Origin: Pseudolabrys sp.
GTDB lineage: Bacteria; Pseudomonadota; Alphaproteobacteria; Rhizobiales; Xanthobacteraceae
Reading direction: 5' to 3'
Assembly: GCA_029945495.1 (NCBI GenBank)
Contig: JAQSCR010000221.1
Location: 1 to 43,114 of the forward strand
Length of the DNA: 43,114 bases
A model generated the notes under the pieces. The model worked only from the letters and a program-made list of their open reading frames with translations, searched no databases and was not told the DNA's origin. Within the stretch, counting starts at the first letter, position 1, and each line of letters starts with the position of its first letter. Of this stretch, positions 37,707 through 43,114 are shown piece after piece. A program made the translations under genes and the position numbers.

Positions 37707-38869
37707 ACATTATGCCATTTGACGGCGTCAGCGCCGACACCGTAGCGCAGTTGCGAGACACGATCCGCCGCTTTGTTCTCGATAAACTCGTGCCGCTTGA
37801 AGGCAAAGTGGCGCGTGAGGAGAAGATTCCACCGGAAATCGTGCAGGCTATGCGCGATCTTGGCCTGTTTGGCATTTCGATCCCGGAGAAATACGGCGGT
37901 CTCGGCCTGTCAATGACCGCGGAGGTTCAGATCATTTTCGAGATGGGTTGGACCTCGCCGGTGTTCCGGTCGGTGTTCGGGACGAATGTCGGTATCGGTT
38001 CGCAGGGCATCCTGATGGACGGGACGCCGGAGCAGCGCGAGAAATATCTGCCACGTCTTGCCAGCGGCGAATTGATCGGCTCTTTCGCGCTCACCGAGCC
38101 GGAGGCCGGATCCGATGCCCGTGCCGTCGCCACCTTCGCCCGGCGCGACGGCAATAGCTATGTCATCAGCGGCACGAAGCGTTACATCACCAACGCGCCG
38201 TCGGCGGATCTCTTCACGTTGATCGCCAAGACCGGCGAGACCGCGGACGGGCCTGTCATATCCGCGTTCTTAGTCGAAGCCGACACGCCCGGTCTGCAAT
38301 GCGGCAAGCCCGAGCACAAAATGGGCCAGCAAGGCGCCGATGTGTGCGACGTCGTCTTCGACAATTGTCGTGTGCCGCTCGACAGCCTGCTGGGCGGCGT
38401 CGAAGGGCAAGGCTTTGAGACGGTCAATAAGGTCCTGACCCGTGGCCGGCTTCATATTGCCGCGCTTTGCATCGGCACTGCGGAACGGCTGATTCACGAG
38501 TCGGTCACCTATGCCGTTAGCCGTCGTCAGTTCGGTCAACGCATCGGCGACTTTCAGCTCGTGCAAGCGATGCTGGCCGACAGCCGCACCGAGGCGAATG
38601 CCGGACGCAGCATGGTTCTCGACGCGGCGCGTCGTTTCGATGGGAAGATCGCGACCATTGTCGACGGCTCAACCTGTAAGTTGTTCGCTTCGGAAATGGT
38701 CGGCCGTGTAGCCGATCGGGCCGTGCAGATTTTCGGCGGTGCCGGCTACATCGCCGAATACGGCATTGAACGCTTCTATCGCGATGTGCGCCTGTTCCGG
38801 CTTTACGAAGGCACGTCGGAAATCCAGCGTCTTATCATCGGACGGCAAATGATGCGGGACGCCAGTTGA
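37703..38869 (+). CDS. Acyl-CoA dehydrogenase
   Basis: IPEKYGGLG, FALTEPEAGSD, GTKRYITNA, RRQFGQ, QIFGGAGY, YRDVRLFRLYEGTSEIQR. Confidence 0.95.
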   Translation: MNIMPFDGVSADTVAQLRDTIRRFVLDKLVPLEGKVAREEKIPPEIVQAMRDLGLFGISIPEKYGGLGLSMTAEVQIIFEMGWTSPVFRSVFGTNVGIGSQGILMDGTPEQREKYLPRLASGELIGSFALTEPEAGSDARAVATFARRDGNSYVISGTKRYITNAPSADLFTLIAKTGETADGPVISAFLVEADTPGLQCGKPEHKMGQQGADVCDVVFDNCRVPLDSLLGGVEGQGFETVNKVLTRGRLHIAALCIGTAERLIHESVTYAVSRRQFGQRIGDFQLVQAMLADSRTEANAGRSMVLDAARRFDGKIATIVDGSTCKLFASEMVGRVADRAVQIFGGAGYIAEYGIERFYRDVRLFRLYEGTSEIQRLIIGRQMMRDAS

Positions 38870-40830
38870 TGCGCAATGCGTCGCACTCAGAGGTGGTTTG
38901 GCGGCCGACGCCGGAAGTCATGAAAAGCTGTCGGCTCGCCAAATTCATGGCGAGCGCCGGAATCGCGGACTACGCCGAACTGGTGAGCCGCGGCGATGCT
39001 GATCCCGCTTGGCTCTGGGATGCGGTCATTCGCGATCGCAAGCTGAAGTTCACCAAGCCTTATAGCCGCGTGCTGGACCTTTCTAAAGGGACGCCCTGGC
39101 CGCAGTGGTGCATTGGCGGCGAGACCAATGTTTGTCTTAACGCCATCGACCGGCATCTTGCCGGCGGCCTCGCCGACAATACTGCGATTATCTGGCTGGG
39201 CGAGGGTGGTGAGACCCGCTCGCTCACCTATCGCGCGCTGAGTCGGGAGGTAAATCGCCTGGCGGCGTCGCTGGCGGCGCTGGGCTTCGGCCGCGGCGAT
39301 CGCATCGGCATTCATATGGGTATGACGCCGGAGGCAATGGCCGCCTTTCTCGCTATCGCCCGGATCGGCGCCGTCGTGCTTCCGTTGTTTTCCGGCTTTG
39401 GCGCTTCGGCGATCGAAGCACGATTGAACGATGCCGGCGCCACGGGCGTGATCGCGTCGGACGGCACGTGGCGGCGCGGCCAGTGGTTCGCCATGAAGCC
39501 GACGCTCGATATGGCCGCCGCCAATATTCCCACCTTGCGCCATATCGTTATGTTCCGTCGCGGCGAGGCCGACGTGCCGATGACAACGGGGCGTGATCTG
39601 TGGTCGATTGATATCAATCCAACGGCCGACGACACGCTCGACCTGGTACCGGCCGAGCATCCACTGATGATAATCTACACCTCGGGTACGACCGGCCGGC
39701 CCAAGGGCACCGTGCATACGCACTGCGGATTTTCCGCCAAGATGGCGCTGGACATGGAGCTATGTCTTGATGTCGGCCCCGAAGATCGCCTGTTGTGGAT
39801 GACCGATATGGGCTGGCTGGTAGGGCCGATGCTCGCGGTCGGCGGTTTGCAGGCCGGGGCCACGCTGGTGCTCACGGAAGGCACGCCGGATTGGCCCAGC
39901 CCCGACCGCATCTGGAAGGTCATCGCCGACCAGCGCGTCACGGCGCTTGGACTTGCGCCCACTGTGGTCCGCGCGCTGATGCAACACGGTACCGAACCGG
40001 TGCTGCGCCACGACCTGTCGACGTTGACGAGAACCTTCTCCACGGGTGAGCCGTGGACGCCAGATGCATGGATGTGGTTCTTCGAACAGGTGTGCAAGCG
40101 CCGCGTTCCGATCCTGAATTATTCCGGTGGCACGGAAGTCGGCGGCGCTATTGTCACCGGCACTTTGCTGCACCCGCTGAAACCCTGTTCGTTCGGCGGC
40201 CCGGTGCCCGGCATGGGCGCTGATATTGTCGACGACACCGGCAAGCCGGTGGCGGACGGAGAAGTCGGCGAACTGGTGCTGCGCACGCCGTCGATTGGCA
40301 ATACCCGCGGTCTCTGGAATGATCCGGGGCGATATATCGATACGTACTGGAGCAAGATCGACGGCGTATGGGTGCACGGCGATTTCGCGATGAGGGATGC
40401 CGAGGGCTTCTGGTACATCTTCGGCCGCTCCGACGACACCATCAAGGTGGCGGGTAAGCGCATCGGCCCGACCGAGGTCGAAGCCCTGGTGCTGGCCACC
40501 GGTCTTGCGGCCGAGGCCGCGGCAATTGCCGTGCCGGATCCGATCAAGGGCGCGGCGGTGGTTTGCGTCTGCGTCGCGAAATCGCCGAATGCCACGGCCG
40601 ATTTGACCGATGTCTTGTCAGCGGCGGTGGTCGACGGTCTCGGCCCGGCATTCCGGCCCAAGGAAATTCTGATGGTCGCCGAGTTACCCAAGACCCGCAA
40701 TATGAAGGTGATGCGGCGCGTGGTGCGGGCGGCGTATCTGGGTGAGGCGCCGGGCGATCTATCGTCCATCGCCAATCCGGATTCGCTCGCGGGCATCGCG
40801 AACGCTCGCGAAGCGAGACAAAAACATTAG
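38869..40830 (+). CDS. AMP-forming acyl-CoA synthetase (acetyl-CoA synthetase-like)
   Basis: [49 protein letters not shown]. Confidence 0.92.
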   Translation: MRNASHSEVVWRPTPEVMKSCRLAKFMASAGIADYAELVSRGDADPAWLWDAVIRDRKLKFTKPYSRVLDLSKGTPWPQWCIGGETNVCLNAIDRHLAGGLADNTAIIWLGEGGETRSLTYRALSREVNRLAASLAALGFGRGDRIGIHMGMTPEAMAAFLAIARIGAVVLPLFSGFGASAIEARLNDAGATGVIASDGTWRRGQWFAMKPTLDMAAANIPTLRHIVMFRRGEADVPMTTGRDLWSIDINPTADDTLDLVPAEHPLMIIYTSGTTGRPKGTVHTHCGFSAKMALDMELCLDVGPEDRLLWMTDMGWLVGPMLAVGGLQAGATLVLTEGTPDWPSPDRIWKVIADQRVTALGLAPTVVRALMQHGTEPVLRHDLSTLTRTFSTGEPWTPDAWMWFFEQVCKRRVPILNYSGGTEVGGAIVTGTLLHPLKPCSFGGPVPGMGADIVDDTGKPVADGEVGELVLRTPSIGNTRGLWNDPGRYIDTYWSKIDGVWVHGDFAMRDAEGFWYIFGRSDDTIKVAGKRIGPTEVEALVLATGLAAEAAAIAVPDPIKGAAVVCVCVAKSPNATADLTDVLSAAVVDGLGPAFRPKEILMVAELPKTRNMKVMRRVVRAAYLGEAPGDLSSIANPDSLAGIANAREARQKH

Positions 40831-40846
40831 GCAAGGGAGAAACGAC

Positions 40847-41305
40847 GTGAGCGGTCTGTATTTCGAGCAATTCGCGGTCGATCAGGTGATCGAACACGAA
40901 TTGCGTCGCACCGTTACCGAGGCGGACAATACGTTCTTCAGCGTCATGACGATGAATCCGCAACCGCTGCATTTGGATGCCGAGTTCTCGGCGAACACCG
41001 AGTTCGGCCAGCGTCTGGTCAACAGCCTGTTTACTCTCGGTTTGATGATTGGCCTGACAGTCGGCGAGACCACGCTTGGCACCACGATCGCTAATCTCGG
41101 CATGACCGATGTAACCTTTCCCAAGCCGGTGTTTCATGGCGACACGGTGCGTTCTGTCACCAAAGTCATATCCAAGCGCGAAAGCAAATCCCGGCCGGAT
41201 GCCGGCCTCGTCCAGTTCGAGCACACCGCCTTCAACCAGCGCGGCGAGATGGTCGCGCGCTGTCTGCGTATGGCATTGATGAAGCGCAAGGGAGTTGCCG
41301 CATGA
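40847..41305 (+). CDS. MaoC-family (R)-specific hydratase/dehydratase
   Basis: [33 protein letters not shown]; GTG start after GGAG. Confidence 0.92.
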   Translation: MSGLYFEQFAVDQVIEHELRRTVTEADNTFFSVMTMNPQPLHLDAEFSANTEFGQRLVNSLFTLGLMIGLTVGETTLGTTIANLGMTDVTFPKPVFHGDTVRSVTKVISKRESKSRPDAGLVQFEHTAFNQRGEMVARCLRMALMKRKGVAA

Positions 41306-42168
41306 GGTCGATGTTATTTGTCCCCGGAGACAGCGAGAAGAAGTTGGCCAAAGGCTGGGAGTCGAGCTCCGACGCGCTGATCCTCGATCTAGAGGATTCG
41401 GTCGCGGCCGATCGAAAGAAGGAAGCGCGCCAGATTTCCCGCGCATTTTTGGCCGCTAACAAAGCTGGACCGAAACGCTTTGTGCGCATCAATCCGTTGG
41501 TCACGCCATACGCGATCGACGATCTTGCGGCGGTGGTCGGCGGCGCGCCGGATGGCATCGTACTGCCGAAATGTGGCTCGGCCGCCGATATCGTTGCGGT
41601 CAATCATTATTTGTCGGCGCTGGAGTCTCGTGAAGGACTGCCTCCGGATCGGATCCAGATTTTGCCGATCGTCACCGAGACCGCCGGCGCAATGTTCACG
41701 CTGGGCAGCTACACCGGCCTCGGAACGCGGCTATGCGGCATGATGTGGGGTTGCGAAGACCTCGCGGCCGACGTCGGCGCCAGCGTCAACCGGTCGCCGA
41801 ACAATATGTATCTTGCGCCGTTCGATCTGGCGCGGTCGTTGTGCCTGTTCGCGGCTGCGGCGGCAGGCGTTCCGGCCATCGACACCGTCTTCACCGACTT
41901 CAAGGACATGGTTGGCCTTGAGCGCGAGTCGCTGAACGCCGAACGGATTGGCTTTACCACCAAGGCCGCCATTCACCCGGCCCAGGTCGAAGTCATCAAC
42001 CGTGCCTTCACGCCGGACGAGGCCGCCATTGCCTGGGCGAAGAAGGTGGTCGCCGCCTTCCAGTCGTCGGCGCAAGTCGGCGTTATTGGCATCGAGGGAA
42101 AAATGATCGACCGGCCGCATTTGCGAGCCGCCGAACGCGTCTTGGATCGCGCAGGGCTGGCACGATGA
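41302..42168 (+). CDS. CitE/malyl-CoA lyase-like CoA-ester lyase
   Basis: [44 protein letters not shown]. Confidence 0.92.
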   Translation: MRSMLFVPGDSEKKLAKGWESSSDALILDLEDSVAADRKKEARQISRAFLAANKAGPKRFVRINPLVTPYAIDDLAAVVGGAPDGIVLPKCGSAADIVAVNHYLSALESREGLPPDRIQILPIVTETAGAMFTLGSYTGLGTRLCGMMWGCEDLAADVGASVNRSPNNMYLAPFDLARSLCLFAAAAAGVPAIDTVFTDFKDMVGLERESLNAERIGFTTKAAIHPAQVEVINRAFTPDEAAIAWAKKVVAAFQSSAQVGVIGIEGKMIDRPHLRAAERVLDRAGLAR

Positions 42169-42833
42169 ATGAAGTCGTCGATAGCAAACCACGCCAGCAA
42201 CTGCTGACCTGGCAACGCGCCGGCCGTCGCATCGTTCACGAAGCCGATACCAAAGCCCTGCTCGCCGCGGCCGGCATCGCAGTACCGAGCCAGGATCGCA
42301 AAAGCGGCCCCTTCGCGGTCAAACTCAACTCAGATCGCTTTCCGCATAAGACCGAGCACGGTCTGGTGAAGCTCAACGTCGCGGCGTCCGATCTGGACGC
42401 AACCATCGCCAAGCTGCAGGCGGCCGATCCGGCCGGACAGATTCTGGTCGAACAGATGATCGACGGCGGGGTCGCCGAATGGATCGTCGGCTGCAAGCAC
42501 GATCAGACGTTCGGCCCGATTGTACTCGCCGGTCCCGGCGGTATCCTGGTTGAGCTGCTGGATCAGGTGCAAATCCGGCTGGTGCCAACCCAGCCTGCCA
42601 TCGTCACGGCGATGCTGCGGAAGGGCCTCGGCGCCAAGGTACTGAGCGGCCTGCGCGGCAAGCCCGCCGCCGACGAGGCTGCGCTTTGTGAAATCATCGT
42701 GCGGCTGTCGCAATTCTTTGCCGAGCACGCCGACCTGATCGAAGAGATCGAGGTCAATCCAGTCATCGTCCGCAAGCGCGGTGACGGCGGGGTGGCAGCC
42801 GATGCGCTTCTCGTTCTCAAGCAACCGAACTAA
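42165..42833 (+). CDS. ATP-grasp (beta) subunit of an ADP-forming acyl-CoA ligase
   Basis: EADTKALLAAAGI, HKTEHGLVKLNV, LVEQM, DQTFGPIVLAGPGGILVE, EIEVNPV, ADAL. Confidence 0.88.
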   Translation: MNEVVDSKPRQQLLTWQRAGRRIVHEADTKALLAAAGIAVPSQDRKSGPFAVKLNSDRFPHKTEHGLVKLNVAASDLDATIAKLQAADPAGQILVEQMIDGGVAEWIVGCKHDQTFGPIVLAGPGGILVELLDQVQIRLVPTQPAIVTAMLRKGLGAKVLSGLRGKPAADEAALCEIIVRLSQFFAEHADLIEEIEVNPVIVRKRGDGGVAADALLVLKQPN

Positions 42834-42853
42834 CCCGCAAGCGAGGCGTCGCC

Positions 42854-43114
42854 GTGAAAACAGATTATGAATTCCTGCTCGTCGAGCCGCGCCCGTCGGG
42901 ACTTACCGTCTGTACCCTCAATCGTCCGCAGTCGCTGAATGCCTTCAATACCAAGATGGCGTTGGAAATCACCGACTTCTTCACCAAAGCCGGCACCGAG
43001 GATTCCGGCGTTCGCGCTATCGTGCTGACCGGCGCCGGCGATCGCGCCTTTTGCGTTGGCGCCGATCTGAAAGAGCGCAACAATATGAGCGAGGACGCGT
43101 GGTCGAAACAACAC
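42854..43114 (+). CDS. Enoyl-CoA hydratase/isomerase, 5' part (runs off window)
   Basis: GTG after GAGG; TLNRPQSLNAFN...RAIVLTGAGDRAFCVGADLKER; open to the window end, so absent from the ORF track. Confidence 0.9.
   Translation, partial: MKTDYEFLLVEPRPSGLTVCTLNRPQSLNAFNTKMALEITDFFTKAGTEDSGVRAIVLTGAGDRAFCVGADLKERNNMSEDAWSKQH

Overview
GC-rich alphaproteobacterial DNA (gene content and codon style suggest Hyphomicrobiales; this is an inference) forming a mosaic, partly decaying accessory region. From left to right: (1) gene remnants and a LysR-controlled pipecolate/lysine catabolic operon (hglS with a 1-bp frameshift, amaA, amaB). (2) An uncharacterised glycosylation and redox cluster: YYY-motif polytopic membrane protein, MsrP-like Tat molybdoenzyme with cytochrome b, PRC-barrel protein, Cys/Met PLP lyase, DUF2064/TIGR04282 transferase, GT2 and a Cys-rich epimerase. 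(3) An OxyR-like LysR module with a peroxiredoxin-like protein, a Met-rich secreted protein, a tautomerase and a sensor-less histidine kinase. (4) A complete IS110-family (IS1111 group) element whose ends, CT core and bridge/seek RNA guide loops can be read from the sequence; it sits in a dispersed hairpin repeat, and a second copy of that repeat holds a MITE. (5) A self-sufficient BhbA-type catabolic reductive dehalogenase with a divergent IclR. (6) An IS21-type MITE, a helically phased repeat and an XRE regulator. (7) A TetR-controlled divergent CoA-dependent catabolic cluster (TAXI-TRAP transporter, AtuA pair, acyl-CoA dehydrogenase, AMP-forming ligase, split ADP-forming ligase, MaoC, CitE-like lyase, crotonases) that runs off the right edge. 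No rRNA, tRNA or CRISPR array was seen. All family assignments come from motif recognition by eye, not database searches.
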